From an uncultured Fibrobacteria bacterium (lineage in GTDB: Bacteria; Fibrobacterota; Fibrobacteria; UBA11236), in contig OY970309.1 of the NCBI GenBank assembly GCA_963716395.1, forward strand, positions 3,200,001 through 3,264,000: DNA of 64,000 bases, given 5' to 3'. The notes beneath the pieces were generated by a model. That model had not been told where the DNA came from. It did no database searches and saw only the letters and a program-made list of their open reading frames with translations. The translations under genes were made by a program, and so were the position numbers. How positions within the stretch are numbered: the first letter of the stretch is position 1; the number at the start of each line of letters is the position of its first letter. This document shows, in pieces, positions 18,847 through 29,651 of the stretch.

Positions 18847-21800
18847 TCAGGCCGCCGCTTTTTCCAAAGCGGGGTTGGGGTTGCGCACACGCGCCAAAAA
18901 GCTGGTGCGGGGTTTGGTGTTGAGATCGCGCAGAATGCCGTAATTGAGCGGATGCTGCTTGAGTTTGGCGACCCGGCTTTGGGGATCGTTGATGTTGCCG
19001 AACACGATGGCTTCGGCCGGACAGACCTGGGCGCAGGCCGGGGTGATCATGCCGTCGGCGATGATTTCATGTCCCGAATTCTTGCTTTCGATGCGCGCGC
19101 GCTGAATGCGCTGTACGCAATAGGTGCATTTCTCCATGACCCCCCGAAACCGCAAGGTTACGTCGGGATTCATGTGCATTTTCTGGGTTTCGGTCCAGTC
19201 GTTGTTGTAATTGAAAAAGTTGAAGCGCCGCACCTTGTAGGGGCAGTTGTTGGAGCAATAGCGGGTGCCGATACAGCGGTTGTAGGTCATGTCGTTGAGG
19301 CCTTCGTGCGAATGCACCGTGGCGCCCACCGGACACACCTCTTCACACGGCGCATTCTCGCATTGCTGGCAATTGATGGGTTGAAAGGCGATTTCCGGAT
19401 CTTCAGGCGAACCCTGGAAATAGCGGTCGATGCGGATCCACTGCATTTCGCGGCCGCGCATGACCTGCTCTTTGCCCACGGTCGGGATATTGTTTTCGGA
19501 TTGACAGGCCACGGAGCAGGCATTGCAGCCGATGCAACTGTTGAGATCGATAGACATGCCCCATTGCATGCCTTTGGAGAAATCGTAATCCCCGCGCACC
19601 TTTTCGTCCCACAGGCTTTGCTCGGGAGGATGTTCGTTCCACTTTTCTTCTGAGGCGAATTCTTCGGGGTTGCGCAAATAGTCGGACAAATCCCCGGTGC
19701 GGATAATGGGACGTTTTTCCAGCGACCAATGGTCTTGGGTGCAGGCCAAGGGATAGGTGCGATCGGATTTTTCCACCGCCGCACCGGTCATCTGAAAAGG
19801 AGACGCCGAAGCCATCAGGGAGTAGGCGTTGAACCCCGAATTTTCGCCGACCACCCCCACATGCATGCGGCCGAAGCCGAGATGCAAGAGCACGGTGTCT
19901 TCGGCCATGCCGGGCACCACCCAGGCGGCGGCTTCGAGCGCACGCCCGCCTACCGACAGATGCACCATGGGCCGGTGGAAAAAACCTTTGAGGAGCACGC
20001 CGGTCTCGTCTTTCTGCACCAGCCCGTCATAAACCCCCACCTTGCGGGCCATGGCCGGGCTCATCATCACGGCATTGTCCCAAGTCATTTTGGTGATGGG
20101 ATCCGGCGTTTCCTGCATCCAGGCGTTGTTGGCGAAACGCCCGTCGACCACATTGCTGTGGGCGCGCAAAATCAATTCCACACCCGGCGAGGGCGGCGGC
20201 AAGGTTTTGGCCAAAGCCGGCAGGGCTTGGGGTTGGAATGAGGCCACCGCAGCCGGAGCCGTTCCGGCGATTACGCCGTCGTTCAGCCAGCGGCGCCAGG
20301 TTTTTTCGAAATTCGACTCGGGCCGGCGCTTGGCCCAGACCCCTTGCACGATATCGTAAGAACCCTGTTGCGGGTAGGCCGACAATTTCGCGAGGAATTC
20401 AGTGGCGTCCAGTGTCGTTTCATAGAGCGGGTAAATAAGCGGTTGAGCGATCGACTCCGTGCCGTCGTAGGCGATGGCGTCGCTCCACGTTTCCAGATAA
20501 TGGCTCATGGGCAAATGCCACGTGCAAAGCGCCGCGGTGTCGTCGGCTTCGAGGCCGAGATGGATCGAGGTTTTGGCCTTGGCCAACTTGGCTCCGAATT
20601 CCAAGTCAACGGGTGCGGCGTAGGCGGCATTGCTGTCGAGCACCACCAACGCCTCGACCTGTCCTGATTCCAACATGGCGCCCAAAGCGCGCAACGAATC
20701 CACGGAATTTTCCAGCAGGCTGGGATCGGTGGCGTTCAATGACTGTACCACCGAAGGCCGCCATTCCACCGTGGCGCCCACATTGTCGAGCGCCAGGTTC
20801 AGCGCTTGGGCCAGGGCATGCACGAACGGGGATTGGTATTTGCCGGCGGCGATCACCGAACGCCCTTTGTGCTCCATCAAATCCACGGCCACGGCATGCA
20901 CCCAATCCGCCGGGATGTCGGCGGTCTTGGCGGCCAGGGATTTGAAATCCATTCCCAGCGAGGAGAGGTTCAAGCCTTGCGCCTGCAATTCGGCCGCCAC
21001 CGCCACCAGAAAATAGGGCAGGGAGCTGGGCTTGAGGCGCAGGCGGTGATCCGCCGATCCGCCGGTGACGCTGTATTGCGACTCCACGGCATACATACGG
21101 CTCATGCCACCCATGCCGCGATCGGGATTGCGGCTCAAGGCGAAGTCACGGGCATAGGAAAGATGATAGGGCTCGGAGTCGAGAAAGTCGCAATCGATGG
21201 ACAAGGTTCGCAACGTGCGTTCGAAGTGGTAAAGCGGTTCCACCGGTTGTCCGGTCAGGGCATGCATGCCTTGCAGCACATTGTCGCGCGACACCGGCTC
21301 GTAGACGAACCATTTGGCTTTAGGATAAGCCTGTGAAACGTGATTACGCACCGCGCGGAAAGAAGGCGAGGCGGAGTAGCCGCTCAGAAAACACAGACCT
21401 TCCCCACCCTTTTGTTTAAGTCCGGCCATGAGGGGGTTGGCTTCGGCCCAGAATGCATCCCAGGTGGAAGCCTGTCCCTGCTTCTGCGGCTTCTGGCTGC
21501 GATCGGGATTGTACAGATCGAGAATGGTGGCCTGGTGCTGCCGCGAGGTTCCGCCCCGGCTGGCGGGATGGCCGGGATTGCCTTCGATCTTGGTGGGCCG
21601 TCCTTCATGGGCTTCGACCAACAGCCCTACGGCATCACCGTTCAAAGCCACCGTGGTGGCATACCATTGCGGGACGCCGGGAATGACATCCTGCTTCGGC
21701 ATCATGTTGTAAGGCAGAATGTATTTCACGGGGCGGCGCACGCCTTTGCAACCGGTGACGCCGGCGAAGGCCATGCCTGCTCCCATCACCTGCAAAAAGC

Positions 21801-21951
21801 GGCGGCGGGAGATTTCGGTGCCCAACACGTCGGCTCCATCGGGAAATTCCTGGGCCAGAAATTCTTTGGCTTCGGGGGTCTCGGCCAATTCTTCCAGGCT
21901 TTTCCACGGCGCCGACTTGGGCGACTTCGGATCAAGGTTCAGCGATGGCAT
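18847..21951 (-). CDS. actB: Alternative complex III subunit ActB (molybdopterin-oxidoreductase-like plus Fe-S domain)
   Basis: Tat motif 'SRRRFL', 'GRPTKIEGN', Cys clusters CIGCNACSVAC, CQQCENAPCEEVCP, CIGTRYCSNNCP, CTYC...CAQVCP. Confidence 0.93.
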   Translation of the reverse strand: MPSLNLDPKSPKSAPWKSLEELAETPEAKEFLAQEFPDGADVLGTEISRRRFLQVMGAGMAFAGVTGCKGVRRPVKYILPYNMMPKQDVIPGVPQWYATTVALNGDAVGLLVEAHEGRPTKIEGNPGHPASRGGTSRQHQATILDLYNPDRSQKPQKQGQASTWDAFWAEANPLMAGLKQKGGEGLCFLSGYSASPSFRAVRNHVSQAYPKAKWFVYEPVSRDNVLQGMHALTGQPVEPLYHFERTLRTLSIDCDFLDSEPYHLSYARDFALSRNPDRGMGGMSRMYAVESQYSVTGGSADHRLRLKPSSLPYFLVAVAAELQAQGLNLSSLGMDFKSLAAKTADIPADWVHAVAVDLMEHKGRSVIAAGKYQSPFVHALAQALNLALDNVGATVEWRPSVVQSLNATDPSLLENSVDSLRALGAMLESGQVEALVVLDSNAAYAAPVDLEFGAKLAKAKTSIHLGLEADDTAALCTWHLPMSHYLETWSDAIAYDGTESIAQPLIYPLYETTLDATEFLAKLSAYPQQGSYDIVQGVWAKRRPESNFEKTWRRWLNDGVIAGTAPAAVASFQPQALPALAKTLPPPSPGVELILRAHSNVVDGRFANNAWMQETPDPITKMTWDNAVMMSPAMARKVGVYDGLVQKDETGVLLKGFFHRPMVHLSVGGRALEAAAWVVPGMAEDTVLLHLGFGRMHVGVVGENSGFNAYSLMASASPFQMTGAAVEKSDRTYPLACTQDHWSLEKRPIIRTGDLSDYLRNPEEFASEEKWNEHPPEQSLWDEKVRGDYDFSKGMQWGMSIDLNSCIGCNACSVACQSENNIPTVGKEQVMRGREMQWIRIDRYFQGSPEDPEIAFQPINCQQCENAPCEEVCPVGATVHSHEGLNDMTYNRCIGTRYCSNNCPYKVRRFNFFNYNNDWTETQKMHMNPDVTLRFRGVMEKCTYCVQRIQRARIESKNSGHEIIADGMITPACAQVCPAEAIVFGNINDPQSRVAKLKQHPLNYGILRDLNTKPRTSFLARVRNPNPALEKAAA

Positions 21952-22580
21952 GTCGAGCAGTCCGTTCTGGGGTGCACGTGATATTTTTTCATGAACTGGC
22001 GGCCCAGCGCGGCGGGATCCCCTTCGGGATGCCAAGCCAGTTGGGTGACGAGATTGCGATCGCGAATGTTCGGGGCGGGGTTGCGATGGCAGCTCAGGCA
22101 CCAGCCCATGCTCAAGGGCGCCACGATGCGCACTTGATCCATTTGATCGACGCGCCCATGGCAGGATACGCAACTCACGCCTTTGTTGACGTGGTCGCTG
22201 TGATTGAAGTAAACGTAATCGGGAAGTTTGTGCACGCGCACCCAGCGAATCGGCATTCCCGTTTCATAGGCCTTGGTAATTTTCTTGATCTCGGGTGAAG
22301 TCGTTTTGATCATGCGATGGCAGTTCATGCACACGTCGGTGGGCGGAACTCCGGCATGCTGGCTGCGCTCCACGGCGAAATGGCAGTAACGGCAGTCGAT
22401 ACCCATTTCACCCGCATGCAGGCGATGACTGAAGGCTATGGGCTGCACCGGTTGGTAACCTTCCATGTAATTCTTGGGCGATGCCCAATACCAGACCGCA
22501 AACACTGTAAAACAAACAGCGAAAACAAAAGACGCCAATAAAACGCCGGGCGCTTTATTAGTCCACTTTGGAAATACCAT
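21939..22580 (-). CDS. actA: Alternative complex III pentaheme cytochrome c ActA
   Basis: Five CxxCH motifs (CRYCH, CMNCH, CVSCH, CLSCH, CSTCH) and 'QPIAFSH'. Confidence 0.93.
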   Translation of the reverse strand: MVFPKWTNKAPGVLLASFVFAVCFTVFAVWYWASPKNYMEGYQPVQPIAFSHRLHAGEMGIDCRYCHFAVERSQHAGVPPTDVCMNCHRMIKTTSPEIKKITKAYETGMPIRWVRVHKLPDYVYFNHSDHVNKGVSCVSCHGRVDQMDQVRIVAPLSMGWCLSCHRNPAPNIRDRNLVTQLAWHPEGDPAALGRQFMKKYHVHPRTDCSTCHR

Positions 22581-22797
22581 TCGGTTTTTCTCCGGCGGTG
22601 GGATGCTTGACAGGATCCCGGGGACAATGAGCCGCAACTTTCATGGAACGGCGGCAAAAGATAATACTCCTTCCTTTGCGGATCAATTGCGTGGGGAAAA
22701 TTTTTTGGGAAAAAATTTCCGAAAAAAATCGCGGACGAAATTGTCGCCCGCGATTTACATCTGTGCCCACTCTTTTACCGTTTATGGCAAAGGAATT

Positions 22798-23712
22798 TCA
22801 ACCCAGGAAGATGATGCGCTTGTCGAGGGCCATGGCGATCAAAACCGCTGGAAGATAAACCAACGACAGCAAAAACAAACGCACGGCAGCTTGTCGTGTA
22901 CCGCTTTTACGCAAAGCCCACGCCAACCATAAAACGAGCAGCCCCGCAGCCACAGCCGTAACGAGATAGCGTTCGCCGGCCAGTCCGTACCAATACGGGA
23001 AAAGGGACACGGTCAACAACAGGACGCTTTGCACCCACACCTGCCGGAAACAGGTCGACCCGGAAGCGTCGACCAAGCTCAGCATCTTGAAGCCTCCGGA
23101 TCGGTAGTCATCGCGGTACATCCAGGCCAAGGCCAAAAAGTGCGGAAGCTGCCAGAAGAACAAAAGCGCGAACAGCAGCACGCCGCCGACACCGATGCGG
23201 TCCTGTGCTGCAGTCCAGCCCATCAGCGGGGGCAAGGCGCCGGGAATGGCGCCGACCAAGGTGTTCAACGTCGTCAAGCGTTTGAGCGGCGTGTAAACGC
23301 CCGCGTAAAGGCCCACGGTCAAGGCGCCGAGCAGCGCCGTCAAGGTGTTGGCATGTCTCCACAACAGCCAGCATCCGGAAATGCCGATGATGATTCCGGA
23401 AGCGTAGGCGGTGAATAATGTCAATCGCTCGGTGGGAAGCGGCCGGCCCTGGGTGCGCTCCATGGCGCCGTCGTAATTTTTTTCCAGCGCCTGGTTGAAG
23501 CAAAACGCCGCCACGGCCAAGAAGCCCGTGCCCAACAAGGTCCACCACAGCCGTTGCCAATCGATGTCGGCTGTCGAAGCCATATAATACCCGATGAAAA
23601 CGGTTATGAGGATATGAAAGGTCATGCGCAACTTGAACAGTTCGATCAGCGCGCGCACGCGAGCGAAGACGGAAATTTTCCGCACGGAAACCGAAGGGGC
23701 TAAAGTATTCAT
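22798..23712 (-). CDS. ctaB: Protoheme IX farnesyltransferase (heme O synthase)
   Basis: 'MERTQGRPLP', 'YTPLKR', 'GALPPLMGW', 'WQLPHF', 'DDY'. Confidence 0.93.
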   Translation of the reverse strand: MNTLAPSVSVRKISVFARVRALIELFKLRMTFHILITVFIGYYMASTADIDWQRLWWTLLGTGFLAVAAFCFNQALEKNYDGAMERTQGRPLPTERLTLFTAYASGIIIGISGCWLLWRHANTLTALLGALTVGLYAGVYTPLKRLTTLNTLVGAIPGALPPLMGWTAAQDRIGVGGVLLFALLFFWQLPHFLALAWMYRDDYRSGGFKMLSLVDASGSTCFRQVWVQSVLLLTVSLFPYWYGLAGERYLVTAVAAGLLVLWLAWALRKSGTRQAAVRLFLLSLVYLPAVLIAMALDKRIIFLG

Positions 23713-24752
23713 ACCGATGATTTTGCCCGCGCAGGAGCGGCCGACCAAGCGCGATCGCCGGTCAGACGGCGATGCAGTCCCGCGGTTGCCGCGGAAGTTG
23801 TGACCGTCGCATGTTTGCCGCACCACAGGGCGATGGTGAAAAGGGTGGCCAATAAAAAGGCACCGCCGGCCAAATGCAGGCTGGCGATAAGAGGCAATTT
23901 GCCGGTCCAGATGGTGAGCATGCCCAAAGTCAACTGTACCGCCAGCGCTGCCAGTAGAATCCAGCCCAGCCGCATGGCTCCGGGCCATGTAGGCCGGGAC
24001 CAGAGCGAGGTCAGCAAAAGCGCGCAACCCAATACGATGCACACGGGTCCGATTCGGGTATGCATGAAATTCATGGCGATTCCCGAACTCCAAAACGGCG
24101 GAATCCAGGCGCCGAAGGCGAGCGGAAAGGTGGGAATAGCCAAACCCGCCAGGCTATGGCGCATCACGGCACCCACCATGATTTGCACGAATACCAAGGC
24201 CATCACGGCAAAGGCCGCGGTGGAATGGCGGTTGCTCCGCCACCGGGACGATTGCCTCCAGGCCGCCGAAGTCGCCCAAGCCAGCCACACCGTAATGCAG
24301 AAAAACACTTCGGCGGTTCCCGCGTGCGCGCTGGACACGGCGATGGGCAGCTTAAACCGCACCGTCATTCCGCCCAAAACTCCTTGCACGCAGACTAAGG
24401 TCAGGGCAATCAAGGCCAGCGTCTTGACCCACCGTCGTGGTTCCCAGCGGAGCATGCCTGCGGTCAAGACCACGGTGCAAAACCCCACGCCGGCCGCAAA
24501 CAAACGGTGACCATGTTCGTAGAGTATGCCGCCTTTCATGGCCCGAAACGGAAAGGCAAACATATTGTGCCCGAAGGTTGTGGGCCAATCCGGCACGGCC
24601 AGGCCAGAATTGGTGCTGGTCACCATGGCACCCACGAACAGCAGGCACAAGGTGAGTAAGCTGATTGTCACCGCCAGCAGGTGCAGCCCGCGTTCTGCCG
24701 AGAACCGAGGCGTCTCATCTTTTCGCAGCGGAGAGGCGGTACGGGAAATCAT
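23709..24752 (-). CDS. ctaA: Heme A synthase (COX15/CtaA)
   Basis: 'SGLAVPDWP', 'EHGHR', conserved His in TM helices. Confidence 0.88.
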   Translation of the reverse strand: MISRTASPLRKDETPRFSAERGLHLLAVTISLLTLCLLFVGAMVTSTNSGLAVPDWPTTFGHNMFAFPFRAMKGGILYEHGHRLFAAGVGFCTVVLTAGMLRWEPRRWVKTLALIALTLVCVQGVLGGMTVRFKLPIAVSSAHAGTAEVFFCITVWLAWATSAAWRQSSRWRSNRHSTAAFAVMALVFVQIMVGAVMRHSLAGLAIPTFPLAFGAWIPPFWSSGIAMNFMHTRIGPVCIVLGCALLLTSLWSRPTWPGAMRLGWILLAALAVQLTLGMLTIWTGKLPLIASLHLAGGAFLLATLFTIALWCGKHATVTTSAATAGLHRRLTGDRAWSAAPARAKSSV

Positions 24753-24891
24753 GCGGCAAGGAAATTTAGCAAGAACACGGCAAGTCTGGGTTTACCCGTT
24801 TGGGACCCGAATACAAGGCCTAACTGGCCGCGAGAGGAGTGAAATAAAACTGGGGAGCCAAAATCATGGGATGTTTGGTCCCCAAATAAAG

Positions 24892-24914
24892 AACCGCGCG
24901 GAGTCCGCGCGGTT
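24892..24914 (-). terminator. Rho-independent terminator after the ThuA-like gene
   Basis: Perfect inverted repeat AACCGCGCGGA-G-TCCGCGCGGTT, followed by T-rich sequence on the minus strand. Confidence 0.65.
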
Positions 24915-24938
24915 TATGCCGATAGCTTTCCTTACGGG

Positions 24939-26207
24939 TTAGTTCGACAAGAATCTTCGAGACGCCGAATAACCTTTGGTCGCTACCCGCATCAGATAAA
25001 CCCCTTTTGGCCGCGATTGAAGATCCGATGCGAAATCAAGATCGACCGGGGAATTATTCCCGCGTACCATTTTCACAGTTTGGCCAGACATGTTATACAA
25101 AGCCACGACATAGGAGCCCGGGCGCGTAATGAGCACTCCAACGTCGGTTGGATGAAATGTCACTCCGGATTGGCTCAAATCCAAATCGAGATTGGGCTGG
25201 CTCCCAATCGATGTCACAGCAGTTGTATCGTATCCGGCAATGTAGTACATGAATTGCTTGAAAAATTTATCCCAAATCGTCTGCCCCATTGATTGCATCG
25301 TCACCAAATCGTGACCTTCCATAAAATAGCCCACATTGCCTTTTTTATCGGGAAAAGTCCAGGATATCGGCCAACCTGAAGGCCCGGCCACCTGGGTGTA
25401 GTTGTAAATACCATTGCCGCAATTATTCGGATTACCGCAAGTACTGGGATTCAGACCCAGCAACCCTTGCCAATTCGCTGGAGTTATAGTGGGATCAGTA
25501 ATGGCTTTATCGAAAGTATGCAATTCCATATGTTGGATTGTCACCGAATCCGGCTTGGCTCCGGGCCAGGTTATTCCTTCCATGATGGGATTTCCTTTCG
25601 CCGAAGGGAAATTACCCACCCCACCCCAAAGTCCTACTAATCCTGTGTTGTTGTTATTCGCATCGCTGGCCCCTGACTCCCCACTATAATGGCAAGGCAT
25701 CAACGTATTGTAATACCAACTCCAATTGCCACCAACCTTTGAATCCCCCGTGGAATGCATTACGAAAATTCCATTTCCCTGCTGCTCTACAAAATTTTGG
25801 ACGGCAGTCTGTCCTGTCACCGGAAATTGATTTGAGGAGGCAAAACTCGATATATAATCGGTGAAAAGCACTTGGTAATTGGCAAGTTTGGAGGCTGTAA
25901 TGTTGTTCGGATTTGTCTCGGTATCCACTTTCCAGCCTTCAGCGTTTCCGATTCGCTGCAAGGTTGCCTCCATATTTGGATAGCCGATGGTATGATTGAA
26001 ATTGTAGTAGAATTGCGCAATCAAAATCGATTTCAACCTAGACTTCAGCAAATACTGGTTGCCGTTGATAGTTACTGTGCGCTGTTTGGCGGTAGGAATG
26101 CTCGTGGTATCTTGTGCCTGTAAATTAAAAACCAGAGCGAGGCAAATTGATGCGCTGGTAAACAATATCGATTTGCAATTTTTCATACTCAAATTTGACG
26201 CTTTCAA
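24939..26207 (-). CDS. Secreted ThuA-like (class I GATase-fold) protein with T9SS-like C-terminal sorting tail
   Basis: Signal peptide; 'FVEQQGNGIFVMHS', 'YFMEGH'; tail 'LYNMSGQTV...KGVYLMRV'. Confidence 0.65.
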   Translation of the reverse strand: MKASNLSMKNCKSILFTSASICLALVFNLQAQDTTSIPTAKQRTVTINGNQYLLKSRLKSILIAQFYYNFNHTIGYPNMEATLQRIGNAEGWKVDTETNPNNITASKLANYQVLFTDYISSFASSNQFPVTGQTAVQNFVEQQGNGIFVMHSTGDSKVGGNWSWYYNTLMPCHYSGESGASDANNNNTGLVGLWGGVGNFPSAKGNPIMEGITWPGAKPDSVTIQHMELHTFDKAITDPTITPANWQGLLGLNPSTCGNPNNCGNGIYNYTQVAGPSGWPISWTFPDKKGNVGYFMEGHDLVTMQSMGQTIWDKFFKQFMYYIAGYDTTAVTSIGSQPNLDLDLSQSGVTFHPTDVGVLITRPGSYVVALYNMSGQTVKMVRGNNSPVDLDFASDLQSRPKGVYLMRVATKGYSASRRFLSN

Positions 26208-26326
26208 TTGTACACCCCCCTAACTCTCGCTAGAATATGCGGGAATCGGCATTTCCATCCAAGATATTTTCATCCTTGAATCAATTACGTGATTCTCCGA
26301 TTTTAACCCGGATCGGACTCCCCTGT

Positions 26327-27869
26327 TTACATGCTCCATAAAAAGCGTACCAGATAATACCAATCGGATTTTCCCTGGGTCACAGGCATGAAAGAAGGAA
26401 TTGCGGATTCATTCTGTAGGCGAAGGTGGTCGTTGGCAATTTGCAAATAAGCCTGCCACCCGGTGATGATGGTTTTCTGCAGCATAATGGACCATTTCCA
26501 ATCGTCCTGCTTGTAATCTCCGGCCAATTCCCGGGCGGCATAAAGGGCTGGATTTTTGCCGGGTAAAGTCGGTTGCGGCCATCCGTCTTGGAACTCGATG
26601 AAATTGTTATCGGGATAGTCGTTTTTGAAATATTCAACTTGCACCGAAAGCAAATCCAACAATTTGAAGGTGGGTATGTCCATTCCCGCCATCATAGGCA
26701 TGCGCTGTGTGATGTCTGTGTAGTAATAGGGCTGATTTTGCACTCCCAAAACGGCCATCTCCCCAAATAGCTTGAAGGGTCCGGTGGAATTTTCCTCCAT
26801 ACCGAAGGCGTTGGCAAGGTTTATCGAGGCCCGACCCATGAGTTCGATGGCCTTGAATGTCAACTTTTTCTCGACAGTGGGACGCAAGGTATCGCCCGTT
26901 GAGTTGACCACGAAGATCGTGCGGCCTTGGGCATCCGTCTCCAGCGACACGATGGGGTATGAGTTCGTATCCACGAGATTTGTGATCAAGTTTTCCATGG
27001 TCTTCATGGTCGCGCCGCTATCAGAGCCCAATTGGGGGTTCGATCCGGTTACTTGTGGAACAGCCGGAAAATTTGGTACCTCGACATAGACGTTGGAACG
27101 TCCGGATCCCGTAGGAGTCGTCTCGCTAGGCTTGATTGGAATCCAGCGATGCAATGAGATGCCACCTCCGAGTTCAAGAACGTTGTTCACTTTCCAGGTT
27201 GCCACATAGGATGGGGAGACATCATACAGCGGATTGGAATAGAAGTCGCTGAACATCAAAAAATCTTGCCGGAATTTCCGTCCAGTAAATTCCAAGTCAG
27301 CTTCGCTCCCATGCTCTTGTATTCATTACCCAGCCACACCCACCCCCCACTGTTTCCATTTTGCAGCATAGTCGGATAGGCCTCACTGCGGAACAAATAC
27401 TCGCCGAGATCGGTGGCGTCTGGATTGTACTTATAACCAAAATAACCGAATTTCAAGTTAAGGTTCGAAGTGAAATCATATTGCGAAGAAGCTTCGGAAA
27501 TCCCAGGCCCGAAATTGATTTTTTCGGTCGCGGCGTTGCCGGGAATTTGGATGAAAGGTTTCCAGAACAAACCGCCCACACCAATATTCATATGCAGCTT
27601 CCGTTTAAGGTTCCAGAATAAGTGAGCGCCACACCGTCGCGGTTCATAAAATCCCCGTGCAAATCTTTCGGAGGCGAACCCCCGTCGTCATCCACGTAAG
27701 AACCATGCATGACCTGTCCCGCGTCGATGAAAGCCGCGACGGAAACGTTGCGATCCGTAACGCTGGACGTGCTATCGTCGGCACCGGCAAAGCCGAGGGT
27801 GCAAACCAACACCAGACCTATCAGAAGGCTCATTGATTGGTTTTCCTTGGGACTAATCGGCAATCTCAT
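26327..27869 (-). pseudogene. Putative outer-membrane beta-barrel protein, split by two frameshifts (~27285, ~27590; possibly sequencing errors)
   Basis: Three consecutive ORF pieces continue one protein: signal peptide, 'KYNPDATDLGEYLFRSEAYP', terminal aromatic strand 'WYYLVRFLWSM'. Confidence 0.6.
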
Positions 27870-27871
27870 GT

Positions 27872-29535
27872 TTAGAACCCCCATTGCAAATGGGCTACGA
27901 AATACCACTGGTTTAATTCTGTGGTTTGGGGCGCAGGCCAGGTCGCCCCGAAAACGGTTCCCGCAGGATCGAAATCGCCATTGTACATGAGGCGCAAATG
28001 ATCGTCCGCAATCTGTAATTTCAATTGCAAACCCGTTACAATGGTTTTGACGGCATAAATGCTCCATTTCCAATCGTCCCCATGGACAGAGGGAAGTACG
28101 AACATGCGTTGGGTATAGTCAATATCCGGAATGGCAGCGGGAGCTCCGGTCAATGCTTCATATTGTTGGCCGGATAATTCCTGATAGCTGTCCAGATACG
28201 GGTTGGCAAAATATTCGGTTTCCACATCAAGGAGATCCAAAAGGCCGAAGGTGGGAATATGCGCGCCCACCATGACGGGCATGCGCTGCCAGATACTCTG
28301 GTAATAAACCGGCTGGTTCTGCAGCCCAAGTACGGCCCATTCTCCGTACAACTTGCATGGACCGATGTCTTTATCCAGCCCCAACATTTTCGAAAAATCC
28401 AAGGTTATATGGGCCATGAGGTTGATGGCTTTGCGGGTAATCTCGGTTGTCTGGATGATTTGCGCGGCCGCTTGCGCTCCGGCCACGCTTGTTCCGTTGG
28501 CATCAACAGAACTCAGACTGTCGGTTCTGGAGCTCCAATAATTTGTGCACTTCGTCGCAGAATTATCGCTGCATCCGGCCAGATTTTGCAAAAACGTTTT
28601 GATCCCCGAACGCTGCCCGGCGACGCTGCCTTCCTGAACCATTTGCACCCGGGTCACCTGGGCGCCGGTTTTACCCGCCAGCAACGCGGCCGTGTCGAGA
28701 CTGGATCCGGGATTCCAGACTGCCCAAGCGTTGGCACTAACCTGCTGTCCGGTGCCGTCTTGATAGGAATAGTAGACATTGGCCTGGTTCTGTACTTCGG
28801 GAAAGTTGGCCACAGTGACATATTGGGTTGCGGAGGCGGCGTCTTCCGAGGCCCCGTGGCCGACGGCGACATTAGGAGTAAACCAGCGCCGCAAGGCAAT
28901 ACCGCCGCCGATTTCAATGCCGGTGGTTAGATGCCAGGAAATAAATAGGCCGGAGTGATATCGAAGAATGGCGCGTCGGTGAATTCCAAAAATACGCCCG
29001 CCTGTTGCCGGAATTTACCGCCAAAATTGTCCGCCTGTAAACGCATGCCCAGCACCTGCGCATAAGCGCTATCCACCCACGTCCAACCTCCCGTCACAAG
29101 GTAACCAGGGTAGGATTCACCACGCAGCAAATACTCACCAAGGTTCATGGCGGGCGAGTTGTATTTGAGTGGAAAATATCCCATCTCCAAATTCAATCCT
29201 GGAGTAAAAAGCATTTTTGCCGAGGCCTGTTTAATTAGGGGTTCGAACTTCAAAGGTTTTTGCCAAAACTCTTTAAGACCGAGGGGTTGCCAGAAAATTC
29301 CTCCCAGGTTTACGTCGATATACATCCTATTCTGTACGGTATCAGCGGCATCGATAAACGTTCCAAAGCGATTCATATACTGGTTTTCAGCGTCTATTTG
29401 TCCAAACTGTCCGTTTACCAAACTCCCGATCTCCGTGTAGGCCTGCGCGCTTAATTTGTCTATGGGAAGGGCGCTCGTCACCCCCAAAAAGAGGCTGCCA
29501 AATAATAACCAGAGCCGATACCGCCAGCTTTGCAT
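27872..29535 (-). pseudogene. Paralog of the adjacent putative beta-barrel protein, one frameshift (~28930)
   Basis: Shared motifs 'KYNSPAMNLGEYLLRGESYP', 'QRMPVMVG..IPTFGLLDLL', 'DDWKWSI', 'QIADDHLRL'; ends 'WYFVAHLQWGF'. Confidence 0.6.
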
Positions 29536-29651
29536 GCCCAATACCTTTGATCCGAGAAAAGGACCGTTATCCTAGAGCTTCTAAAGTTACTCTCGGAGTT
29601 TTTTTACAAAGAGACTTTTACAAATATATTCATTCTCCCTATTTTCCGGTG

